Assembly (NCBI GenBank): GCA_964019335.1
Contig: OZ025735.1
Coordinates: forward strand, 186,001 to 250,000
Direction of reading: 5' to 3'
Source: Diplonema japonicum
Lineage: Eukaryota; Protista; Euglenozoa: Diplonemea
Length of the DNA: 64,000 nucleotides
A model generated the notes under the pieces. That model was not told the origin of the DNA. It saw nothing but the letters and a program-made list of their open reading frames with translations, and searched no databases. Positions 47,286 through 58,151 of this stretch are shown piece by piece; positions within the stretch are counted from its first letter, which is position 1, and each line of letters begins with the position of its first letter. The position numbers were made by a program, and so were the translations under genes.

Positions 47286-48500
47286 ATGAACTTTAAATTT
47301 TCAATAATAATATTAATCCTGAGCGTGTCGCATGAGGCCTCCTGCGGGGCATGCAAGGAGGGTGTTCTCGAAAAGGCAGATTCGCCCACCGCAACTGAAG
47401 CACAGCTGATCGCTGCCGTGAAGTGCTTCTCAGAAGAGGATAAAAATCTTGACAAAGGCCTGGAATACCTCCGAAGAGCCGCGGAAACCGAAGGCGTCCT
47501 GGGACCGAGACTGTACGGAAACTACCTCCACGGTGTGAACGACAGCTCCTTCATGGAATGGTGGGTAAAAGGGATGGAAAGGGGCGACGCGCAATGCGAG
47601 AGCAACATAGGAATGGCCTACCTCCACGGCCACGGCGTAGACGCCGATCTGGAAAAAGCACACAAACACATCAAAACCGCAGCTGACCACGGTGACACTA
47701 CAGCTCAATACAACATGGGCCTGCTTCTTCTAGAAGGCCTACCGTCAATCGGAATATTCAAGGACGAGAAAAACGGAGCCCTCCACCTCGCAAAGGCCGC
47801 GAAAGCAGGCCACACCTCCGCCATGATGGAACTGGCGGTCATGACAAAACGTAACGGCCGTTATACCAAAAAATCCTTGAAATGGCTTGAACCAGCTCAC
47901 AAAGCAGGTAACACCGAAGCTTCACACATCCTCGGGTATATGTACAAAACAGGTGTTCAAGTAGATGTTGATGAAGAAAAAGCATTTTCCTACTATATAA
48001 AAGCAGCTAGAGGCGGGCATGCGGGTTCGCAATACGAGGTTGGTCTTATGTATTTTTACGATACTGGTGTGGAAGAGGACTACACCCTTGGTAGGTACTG
48101 GATGGAAAAGGCTGCCCGGCAGGAACACCCCAACGCGATGCACAATTTCGGGTCTATTTTGCTGAAGGACGACGATCCGAAAAAAGCACTCCTTTCGCAG
48201 AAACAGCGGGCGAAGCAACAGAAGGAAGACGAACAGTTAGCCCTTTCAATGTACGCTAGCGCCGCGTCAAAGGGCGTTCTTGAATCGGTGTACATTCTTG
48301 GGTACCTGCACTACAAAGAGCTGTACGGGCTCGAGAAGAACCATACTCTAACCTCCAAGTACTGGTCCGAGGCTGCCAGGGGAGGGCATGTGAAGTCTCT
48401 GAATGCGTTGAGGAAGATGGCCGAGGATGAAAACCACCCGGAGGCAATTTACCAACTAGGCGTTCTTAATGAAGTCGGTATGTGGTGGATTGAGGGGAGG

Positions 48501-48534
<34 letters not shown>

Positions 48535-49434
48535 GTCGAGCACATCCCCCAAGACGAAGACCTTGCCAAGAAACTATTCCGGGAAGCAGCTGATTTGGTA
48601 TGTCAAGATTTATAGCTATTTACTGCCAACAAGTAATGACTTTACCGTTACCTCGAGGTTCCGCATTTTACCGTCGAGGGCCCGCAGGGCCCGAGATGGT
48701 AAAATGCGGAACCGAGAGGTCGGTAAAGCATTACTTGGCGGTAGGTAAGTGGTTTTATTTCACGACACTCTGAAATTACTTCACCACGAGGGGCACAACA
48801 GGGTGACAAGGGGTACAACAAGAGAGGGGTTACAAAGGTTACAATACAAGTTGTTTTCCCTCCTTTTGTTGACTAAGAGCTGCCGCTGTCGCTGGCATTG
48901 CCACTGTCACCATCTCTAATCAGGCCTTCCCATACCTGGCGCGGCCGCTGGCTCCTTTTTTTCTGCTGCTTCGGTATTTTGAAGTCATTTGGGGAGCTTG
49001 GGTAAGCTGACTAAGTTACCCTTACCCACAGAAGAGTTACCCCCAGAAACTGGGAACAAGGCCTAGCCAAAAGTGGGCAAATTGGGAGGAAAAAGTAGTC
49101 CAACTTGGAACTGAGCCGAGGCAAAAGTTGGCCAATTGAGCTGAACCTGGGGGGAAATAGCAAACTGAGAGGAAAAAGTAGCCCCACTGGGAACCGAACC
49201 GAGGCAAAAATTGGCCTACCGAGGCATATTATTTAACGGAAACCCCCTATTACTTCACGGAAAACAGGCCATTATTTCACCGTGAAGTAATGAGATTTAG
49301 CGTGAAGTAATGGGCCCCCTAGTGCGTGAAGTAATTTCTGAAGAGTGAAAAAAAAAAAAAAAAAAAAATGATTGGTAACACAGGGTTCCGAAGCTGCGAG
49401 AAGTAAGCTCGGTGAGCTCGGTGAAGAACTTTAG
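47286..49434 (+). CDS. Secretory-pathway SEL1-repeat protein; join(47286..48477,48533..48597,49384..49434)
   Basis: Signal peptide and multiple A..G...AQY.LG SLR repeats; spliced end AADL|GSEAARSKLGELGEEL* completes the last repeat and gives a KDEL-like EEL terminus. Confidence 0.88.
48611..49350 (+). mobile_element. Hairpin/internal-complement element E4, inside intron 2 of the SEL1 gene
   Basis: Longer sibling of E1; about 130-nt hairpin with gggccc-GCA-gggccc apex (48678-48692); internal complement of the right end; palindrome 49270-49292. Confidence 0.88.
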
Positions 49435-49456
49435 TTCTTTTTTTTTTTTTTTTTCC

Positions 49457-49487
49457 AGGCGTCCTGCCACATACCCTTAAATGTCTC
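49457..49487. repeat. 40-nt micro-repeat, copy 2 (9-nt internal deletion)
   Basis: aggcgtcctgccacatacccttaaatgtctc; deletion between the two tacc direct repeats. Confidence 0.85.
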
Positions 49488-49519
49488 ATTTTTTTTTCTC
49501 TTCTTTTTTTTTTTCTCCT

Positions 49520-52500
49520 ACATTGCAACATGCGCTTAACACGCACTGGGTGGACGCATCCGCGATGTTTGCAAAACATCAAGGGAGGGACCCAAGCCCC
49601 ACCTACGTTACTGCCGTTGCAGCCACAAGACCCGACTACATCCTGATGAACCCCATAGCTGCTGCAGCGCTTGTGTCCTGTGTTACTGAAGACATAGGCG
49701 TGCCGTCGCATCGAGCGCTAACTGTGACGCTGAAGTTACCAGCCATGCGGCAACTTGTACCCATGTACAAGGTACCCAGACAGCTCAAATGTCCGAACAC
49801 CGTCATCACGGGAACGCCTGGCTTGTTCGACCGCAGAATCTTCAACACTACCCTGCTGACTAACCTGAACTCGGCCATTCGATACCTAGCCGTCGCTGTT
49901 GAGGACCTCCTAGGAGCCGATCTCACACAGCGGGGGCGAGGAGACTTGCGGCAACCGGTGCTTCGGGAGATTTCCGCACCGTCGAATCATGAAGGGTGTG
50001 GGGCAGCGACCTGCAAAGAGAACCAAGTCGCGATCCTTAAGCGGAAGATTAAATCATTGATCCGACGAATGGAAGAAACACCCGCGATAGGATGCATGTC
50101 GCACGAGATGAGGGCACAGATACGTAACGTGTACACCACTGCAGTGCGTCTGAAGCTATGGACTGAGAGACCCGACCCCCAAGATTGGTCTTGTAACGAC
50201 GAGATTTACACGGCGATGGCTGAGCTTAGGGGTAGGGCTGCGAAGTCGAACGCTGAGATAATCAGCCGCAACAAGAGACACCGGAACAAGGAGTACGCGA
50301 GGTGGACTGCGGAAGAGTTTGGCACGGACCGTAAACGTGTGACGGCATTTTTAAAGGATGGTACGGTGGAACAAGAAACGAAGACCACGCAAACCGTACG
50401 GCGCGACAGTGGGCAGATCACCGCTAACGCAGTCGAAATGTTGAGGACCTTGGAGCAGCATTGGGCGAAAGTTTTCTGCCTCTTCGGAAACGGAGAGACC
50501 AAGCCGTCGTACAAGAAATTCAAAGCGACCTACGGACAGTTCATCAAACGCACCGAAATGACATGTCCTCTGATTACGGTGCAGGACTTGCGCGTAGTCC
50601 TCGCGAGAACGAAGAAGAAGACTGCGTGTGCTGTTGACGGGTGGCGCTTTGCTGAGCTCCATTGTCTGCCGGACGATGTTCTTGGCTCATTCGCGGACCT
50701 TTTCAATGCTATTGAGCTACAGGGTCGTTGGCCCGACACTGTGATGACTGCGTTGATCTCGATGCTCCCGAAAAATGGTACAGGCCAACCGCTTGACCAT
50801 CGACCGATCACCGTCACCAGTGTGATTTACCGCCTGTGGGCCTGTGTCCGACTCAAACATGTTCTCGAATGGCAGGAGAAATGGATCGATCCCACCATGC
50901 ACGGCTTCAGGCCCAAACACGGAGCTGACCATGTCCTCATGGACATATCGACAATGGTAGAGGATGCACTCCTAGGTGGGAGGCCACTGTATGGCTTAGC
51001 GCTGGACTTCCAAAAGTGCTTTGATCGAGTTCCGCAGGAGATTGCCCTTTCGTTAGTAGAGGACCTTGGCCTGAGCGTATCCATCACCCGTCCGATGCGA
51101 TACGTGTATGAGAATCTGCAACGCCGACTAAAACTACCGCTTGGGGTAGGCGAGGTGCTACACGTGGACAATGGAATCCTCCAGGGGTGCCCGCTGTCGG
51201 CCGTTCTGATCAACGCACTGCTGTCGATCATGGTCAAAGAAATCGGACACTTGACGAAGGCAAAAACTACCTCATACGCCGATGATGTGACGATGTACAG
51301 CAGGAAGTCAGAACGACACGTACAGCGAGCTGTTGATAGAGTATCCGAGTTCTGTAAAATCACAGGGATGGCTCTGAACCACGAGAAGACGCTTGCTTTC
51401 AGCACCGTGAAGAAGTATACGTCAACTCTACGACAGGGTGGATTTACGTTTGCTACGAAGAAGAAGGTGAAGATCCTTGGAGTCACTCTGTCAATGGAAA
51501 GGAAAGGTAGGGCTGACAACAAGAGGGTGGAGAAAGCGGTCGAGACAGCCAAGAGACTGGCCGCGTTACAACTACCCTTTACAAAGAAAGCCCTCATCGT
51601 GAGCCAATCTATTCTACCCGCTGCCTTATACGGTGCGCCATATGCCCCACCGTCAAACGCGAAGATCGACGCCCTTAGGATCGCTGTAACAGATTGTCTG
51701 TGGGGTCCGTACAACACCACGCGCTCATCGGGCGCGCTCTTGAACATCGCACTACCGGGCCACACACACGACCCTCTTGCTGCCTTTGCCTACAAGACGG
51801 CGGGCACCGTCCTGAGGCTAGCGGAAAATCGAAGAATACGAAAGCGTGCAAGAAAGATCCGGAAGAAGTACACGAAGAATATGAGGTCCGCTGGTCCCAT
51901 AGGAACACTCCTGCGTCTTCTGGAACCAGCCAAGCTCGGATGGCCTTGGGCCAGGGCCCTCTTGGGCGTGCATAAAGCTGCCAGAGGTCATGAGATACGG
52001 CGAGTGACGAAAGCGATCAGAAGGAACGCAGTTGCCAAAGGCAGACCCTCCTTTATTGGTGTCGGCCGCGCAATTGACGAAGTCCGCACTAACGAGGTGT
52101 GGAAGAGTGCCAGGTCCGTGCAAGAGGAACGACTTGGCTTGAGGATGATCACGGGTGCCATGTTCCGCAGCTACCCGATCGTCGAACCAGAGGTACAATG
52201 TATTGGGTGTGAGGCGCTCTTCACCACGCAAGACGAGTACACCATACACACGTTCTGGAAATGCAAGGCACACGAAGAGGTACGCGGTGCACCTGAGTTC
52301 GCCCCTGCAATGCATGCATACAGGCAAGAGGGGATCACACGCTGCCTTGCACTACACGGCATCATCCCTCTGGAATGTAAGACGGAACGGCCAGAGGTAA
52401 TACAACAGATGCTGCTTGCGATCATCAGGAGAGTGAGCGCGAAGCAGGAAACGAAGAAGGCCGCGGTAGAAAGGTTCCCTTGGAACAGACCGCTGGTTGG

Positions 52501-53100
52501 AAGAGGGTGCTCGGTGCCAAGCCTGGATTGGTACAAGAACAACGGACTGAAACACTTCCAAGGGGATACGATTGTCCCAGAAGTGCTCAAATGGCTTCGC
52601 ATGCTGCAGTGGAGCCCACATGGTTCAGTCTCAAGGATAGAGCTCGCACTCGACTTTGAGGCCACGACCAAACAGCTCATCTTGGAAGATACGGCTGACG
52701 TACGTAAGCGTGCAAACCGGCTAGCTAAAGTTCTGACAAAACTGTCAGAGGTGGCCGAAAAGAAAGCACGACCCCCTCCTATACCCGGGAAACCTTTCTT
52801 GACATCCTCCCTCCGATCCATTGGTGCAAACAAACGGATCCGAGGGTATACCTGCAGACCCACATTCGCATCGTACGACAAGGTGCGCTTCATCCTCGAA
52901 CAGCGACTCGCAACCGGTTCACCGGGGAGAGACGACTGGAGCGACAAGTTCGTGCCGACCTACCTCGAACCTACCCGAAGTATCCCCACCCCATCTGCCG
53001 ATAAAAATGCAGCGACGCAGAAGGGTAACAACACAAGATAGACCCCCCACCACGCTGCACACTTAACGCCAAATAGTGTTGCAACCAAAGCCCCATTTTT
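49520..53100 (+). mobile_element. 5'-truncated non-LTR retrotransposon (APE-RT-CCHC) with uninterrupted ORF to 53041
   Basis: APE tail (PTY, TRPDY, SHRAL); RT motifs (RPIT, GFRP, DFQKCFD, GILQGCPLS, YADD, KILG); C-x2-C...H-x4-C knuckle; long C-terminal extension. Confidence 0.95.
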
Positions 53101-53114
53101 TTTTTTTTATATAT

Positions 53115-53169
53115 GAGCTCGCCCGGATAAAAATGTGACATTTTCTTTTTTTTTTTCCCGGACGAGCTC
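53115..53169. mobile_element. 55-bp TIR-only derivative of the Sola-like element
   Basis: atat-gagctcgcccgg...ccggacgagctc-atat. Confidence 0.8.
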
Positions 53170-53385
53170 ATATTTATAATATTCAATCTTATACTTATTA
53201 CCTTTACAGTTTGCCTATGTGCGCTAGTTACTCCCAACTCCTCTTTTTTCTTTCTTTCTTTTTTTCGCTTTTTTTTTTCCGCAGGGCGCCACCAACACTG
53301 GTCTCCTTTATCTCTTATGTTTTCTTTTTTTCTTTTTCTCCCTGCTTTTAAAAGCCCACCAGTAGACGACACATCAGAAGATGAC

Positions 53386-53416
<31 letters not shown>

Positions 53417-53607
53417 TAAAGAGGCAGAGAACAAAAAAAAGGGGGGAGGGCGGAAGAGTATCGAGCCGTTCTCTATTCTTTTTCTTTTTCTTTTTGTCCT
53501 CCCCCCTTCTGCCTCTTTCAAAACCTATTTTTTTTTCTCTTTTTTTTTTCCTTCTTCTCTCTATTTTTTTTTCTTAATAAAAACTTTCATTAAACTCGTT
53601 TTTTTTC

Positions 53608-53647
53608 AGGCGTCCTGCCACATACCGCAGGTACCCTTAAATGTCTC
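53608..53647. repeat. 40-nt micro-repeat, copy 3
   Basis: Identical to copy 1; T-tract flanks. Confidence 0.9.
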
Positions 53648-53660
53648 TTTTTTTTTTTAA

Positions 53661-55242
53661 CCCATAAAGGACCGGAGCTGAATATTCAGTTAAAAAAGAT
53701 TTTTTAAATTCTGCTAAGGCATTTTTAGTGCTCTGCATGCCCACTCTTTAAAGAGGGGCCTTATTGCGCGACTTTTTTTATACTGAACACTATATCGCCC
53801 GTAAATTTTTGCATCCAAACTGCAAGGGGAGAAAAGAAATAGTGGCACAGACATTGTTTTTTTTACACCCCATAAGGAGTAGTGCCGAAAGCACTTCTGA
53901 AGAAGGGCCAGTGTCACCGGATGATGGGGATATCCCGGATACGGAATGAGATTACAAAATCGAGAAGGTGGGGAGGAAAATATTTCGCAAGGTACCAGGT
54001 CCAAGTGTACCAGTAGTGGGTCTCAACGGGCTGGAGGTTTTTCCTTTGTTTTTGATAGGGCGGCCCTCCAGCAGGGGGCTTGTCCTGTACTTTGAGTTGT
54101 TTTTCACTCCTGCGGCTCTAAAAGGCCATCGTGGGGTGGGCAGCAAGCCATTCGAGTAGTATAGAGGCCTTTGGATACTTAAAGGGCTTATAATCAAGAC
54201 AGATATCAAGGTCTACTGGGCACAGGATGAATGATGATACCCCATATTCACAATATTTCAGAACGGTAATGGAGAGAAACAGGCTCCTAAAAATAATGCG
54301 CCAAATGCGGTTTGGGTTGCCCGCTGGTGGAGGAGAAGGAGACACAATGGCTAAAGGGCGCAATCTTATAAATCTTGTGGTTCCTTCTTGGTCATCCCTG
54401 TATGTACCCAAGCGAAACCTTGCTGTGGATGAACCATCATACGCTGTAGAAGCCGTGTCGGGTTCATTGTTTGTGAGCCGAAGAAGAGGAAGCGTTATGG
54501 GTTCAAAATGCGATTCAGACACCGGTTACACTCTAAACATGATTGTTTGTACCGGCACGGGCACCCGGGGGAAAGAGGTAGAGCTGCTCACCGAATATCA
54601 GCACCAGAATTACTGGATTGTCTTTGACAACTGTTTTCGCTTGTCCCATTGTTGATACGGATTTACAATGCGGATTTCCACTGCATGGGGACCATCAGGA
54701 AAACCCGGAAATTGCTCCCAGAATACCCATTCAGTGTCAGCAAGTGTGTGGCAAAGAAATCTTGTCAAACAACATCATCGCAAAAGGGTGGCACCCACAT
54801 CAAGTGTTCCCCGCCGGAGCCGAAGATACCTACCCCTCAGGGTGCACCTTCACGTACCAAGGGTGCACCTTCAATGTGTCCTGAGAAGATGCAAAAGGCA
54901 CGGAATTGCACTGTGTGCAACAAATTAGAGAAAAAACGCACCCAGGCCATGTTCTCGTGCAGAGATTGCAACGTAGCAATGTGCCCTGTGCCCTGTGCCC
55001 TGTGCCCTGTGCCCTGTTTCGAAATCTTACATTAACGACACCTTAAAAACCCATTCTCTCAAATGCTGCTCTACCACCAAAGTTCGGGCGCGTCTGGGGC
55101 TGAAATGCAGGCCGCTTCGCGCTCCAGAAACGGGGTAGTGAAAATAATATAGGTACACACCCCACCTCGCCATTTTATTTTGGTATTTGAACGAAAAGTT
55201 CGAAATCGACTTTTTAGACGAAAAATAGCGGTCCTTTATGGG
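53661..55242 (+). mobile_element. Decayed piggyBac transposon
   Basis: TTAA TSD and 14-bp TIR cccataaaggaccg; transposase remnants (VMERNR, LAVDE, D..TGY, FDN) and C-terminal Cys-rich domain (C..C...C..C...C...CF..H). Confidence 0.94.
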
Positions 55243-55336
55243 TTAAAAAAAATACCCCAAACAGAGGGAGAGGTGGGGGAGAAGGGGAGGGGGCAGGACA
55301 AAAAGAAAAAAAAAAAAAAAAAAAAAGACAGCAGGG

Positions 55337-56353
55337 ATGTCAAAGAAATCCTTTGAAGCTGAGGAGCAACGGGCCGCGGTGAAAGAAATGGAACAAGCGG
55401 CAAAGGCCCTCACAGACATTCTGGAAAGCACCGAGGAAATGGGTCTAGAAGAAAGAACCCTCGACCACTTCGAAAGAGATATCAGAGAAATGAATCAAAT
55501 CCACGCTCTCAACCGCGTGGAGAGCATAGTAGGCGGCGCTGGAAAAGGTTGGAACAAAGCCCTAGAAGACAAAGTCGAAACACGACAGATAGAAGAAGAA
55601 GAAACCGAAGGCCTCCTATCCCTAGTAGGCGCCGCAAGAGAAGATGACAATGACGAACCAGCATCAGATCCATTTGAAGTTCAAGAAATGCAACCATTAC
55701 CACCAAGAAGGCCCAGCGAACCAAGAAGATCAAGATGTTCAAGTATAGCATCCTCTCGCATGTCAGTAAGAAGAAACTCGGAAAGCTACCGGGTTGTAGG
55801 ATCTCTTACCCCGGACATGGTGTCGAATATTCGTCGAACTTCAGGAAGGTCCGCGTCTATTGTTAGACCTTCCTCTGCAAGGTCTCCCTCTGCACCGTGT
55901 GTGTCAGCTGATGGTTCCATAGCTAGACGCTCGTTGGTACAAAGAAGGTCCACGGTGAGTTCTCTACATTCAGGGGCAGCACGTCCATCATTCAGGCAAA
56001 GAGACACCAGCTGTACCCGTGTGACGGGAAGGGTCGACTACTCAGAACTGTTACAGGAACAGCAGACAGATTTAACACAGCGGCGGGCTTCAATGAAGGA
56101 GTACTATTGTATGTTAGAAGAAAGAAGGAAAAAAAAAAAAAAAAAAAAAAAAAAATGCAACACCACATAGGCATGTTGGACCAAGTTGAAGATTATCAAA
56201 GCCGGATGCTCGAATCGCTCGACAGGCAGTTGGTGTTCATGGGTATCAATTCTAATGCACCAATGCCACCGGTATGTTAGGAGAGGGGGGGGATTTTTTT
56301 TTTTTTTTTAAAAGGCTGTCGCTGCTACTGGAGGTGAGTACTACTCGATTTAA
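55337..56353 (+). CDS. Hypothetical protein (acidic coiled coil plus Ser/Arg-rich); join(55337..56108,56171..56271,56315..56353)
   Basis: Long ORF; two GTATGT...AG introns (62 and 43 nt) extend it in frame and remove the poly-Lys. Confidence 0.65.
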
Positions 56354-56940
56354 GAAGAGGGAGGAAAAAAGGGGGAAAAAAAAAACCTGATGCACATTGT
56401 ACTTTTTTTTTTTTTTTTTTTTAAACGGTAAATATTTGCGTCTTTGTGTGTATTAGGAACGAAGAAGAAGAAAAAGCAGGAAGGAAGGCCCCGGTCTTTT
56501 TTACAAAAGATAGATTTCCTCGGTCCCTAACTGGCTGTGAACAAGAATGAAAGTTTCCTTTTTTTTTTTTTTTTTTTTTTTTTTTTGAAATTTTGACATT
56601 TCTTTTCTTTTTTTTTTTTGCACACTTTGCTTGTGACAACCCACCCCCCTTTGTTTTTTTTTTTTATGAGTTCTGTAACTTTAAAAAAAAAAAACTAGGG
56701 ACTGGGAGGGGGAGAGAGAAAATTTTTGTAGTTTTTTTTTTTTTGTCTCGTTTTCATTTCACTTCCCCTTAATTCCCCCCCCTTTTTTTTCCCCCCCTAA
56801 TCTCTCTCTCTTTTTTTTTTTCCTCCCTCTTTCTAATTGTTTTTTTCTTTTCTTTCTTTTTTTTTTTTTTCCCCTCCAAAAATTCTTATAAAAAAAAAAG
56901 GATCGCTTTGGGTACACAATTTAAAAAAAAAAGAAAAAAC

Positions 56941-57414
56941 ATGACGGTAGGCCTTGCTGATTGGTACGGGGCATGGGAAGCATCAGAAGTATGCGGTTGT
57001 GGAGAAAGGTGTCAAGTGGTACAAGAGGTCATCTATAAGAAAGTCCCCTTCCAACCTGTATTACTGAGAGCGTTGTGGGAAGTACTACGGGTGGTGCTCT
57101 TTATCTCTACTGCTGGGCTAAGCGATGTTCTGTGGGGTGGGGTGAAGGACAACTCACACGAATGTGTTGCCTTTGCCACATGCTGCACCATGTGCAACAA
57201 GCCTACCTATTACGTAGTTGAGCACTCTTTCAAGGGTCCCTCTATGCGATGCGGTCGGTACGTAAATTCCTGCTCTTCTACGGTTTTCCCCCATAAAGCC
57301 TCTCTTGTTGAGGTCTGTGCCACCTACAACTCCATGCCCTCGGGCTACAATTTACTGTGGTTTAACTGCTCGCATTGGTCAACTTTGTTTGTTGATAAAT
57401 TGGGGTTGCTGTAG
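56941..57414 (+). CDS. Permuted papain-like (PPPDE/LRAT-type) protein
   Basis: YNLLWFNCSHW matches the YxLxxxNCxH catalytic-Cys motif; upstream His (DNSHECV). Confidence 0.65.
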   Translation: MTVGLADWYGAWEASEVCGCGERCQVVQEVIYKKVPFQPVLLRALWEVLRVVLFISTAGLSDVLWGGVKDNSHECVAFATCCTMCNKPTYYVVEHSFKGPSMRCGRYVNSCSSTVFPHKASLVEVCATYNSMPSGYNLLWFNCSHWSTLFVDKLGLL

Positions 57415-58039
57415 GAGAACGAAGAAGGAAGAAAAAAAAAAAAAAAGAAGGGAAAAAAAAAAAAAAAAAAACACACCCCCTAGCCTTTTTTTTTTTATTA
57501 TTATTATTTTGGTGATTTGGTAAAACACTTTGGAGAGAATGAGAGAGGAGAATTAAAAAAAAAAAAAAAAAAAAAAAGGTGTTACACCATGATGATTCCT
57601 GCGATTAGGGGAAGAGAAAAAAAAAGAAAACTTGTTTTACATGTGGTTGGGTTGTTAACCCTCCCCCCGACGCTCCCCCTGCAGGGAAGGAGGGGCATTT
57701 AGTTTCCCCCTCCTTTTTTTTTTCTTTTTTTTTTTTTCTCTTACCGGATATGATTTAATTTCGGAACTTTGGGGGTCCAAGAAAAAAAAAAATGGATTTC
57801 GGCAATTTCTGAATTTCGGATTTGGAACTTTTCCCAATTCATATTTCATATTTTCTGTTGTTTTCTCTTCTTTTTTCTATTTCTTTGCTGTCCCCCCCCC
57901 TTTTTTTTAAATTCCCCTTAGTCATCTTCGCGCATGGATAAGCCGTATTCTTCCTATCCTTCTTTTTTTTTATTTTTACGTTTTTTTTTTTTTTTTAAAC
58001 TCCCTAACTTTAACAACAATGCGCACCACCGAGAAGAAT

Positions 58040-58075
<36 letters not shown>

Positions 58076-58151
58076 TTCTTACAAATTTTACACAAACTTT
58101 TTTACTAAAAAAAAAAAAAAAAAGAAAAATCTAAAAAAAGAAAAAAAAAAA

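Noticed and set aside
49457-53647. 40-nt repeats as LTRs or TSD of the LINE
   Set aside because: They are separated from the LINE ends by unrelated sequence and occur independently at two other loci.
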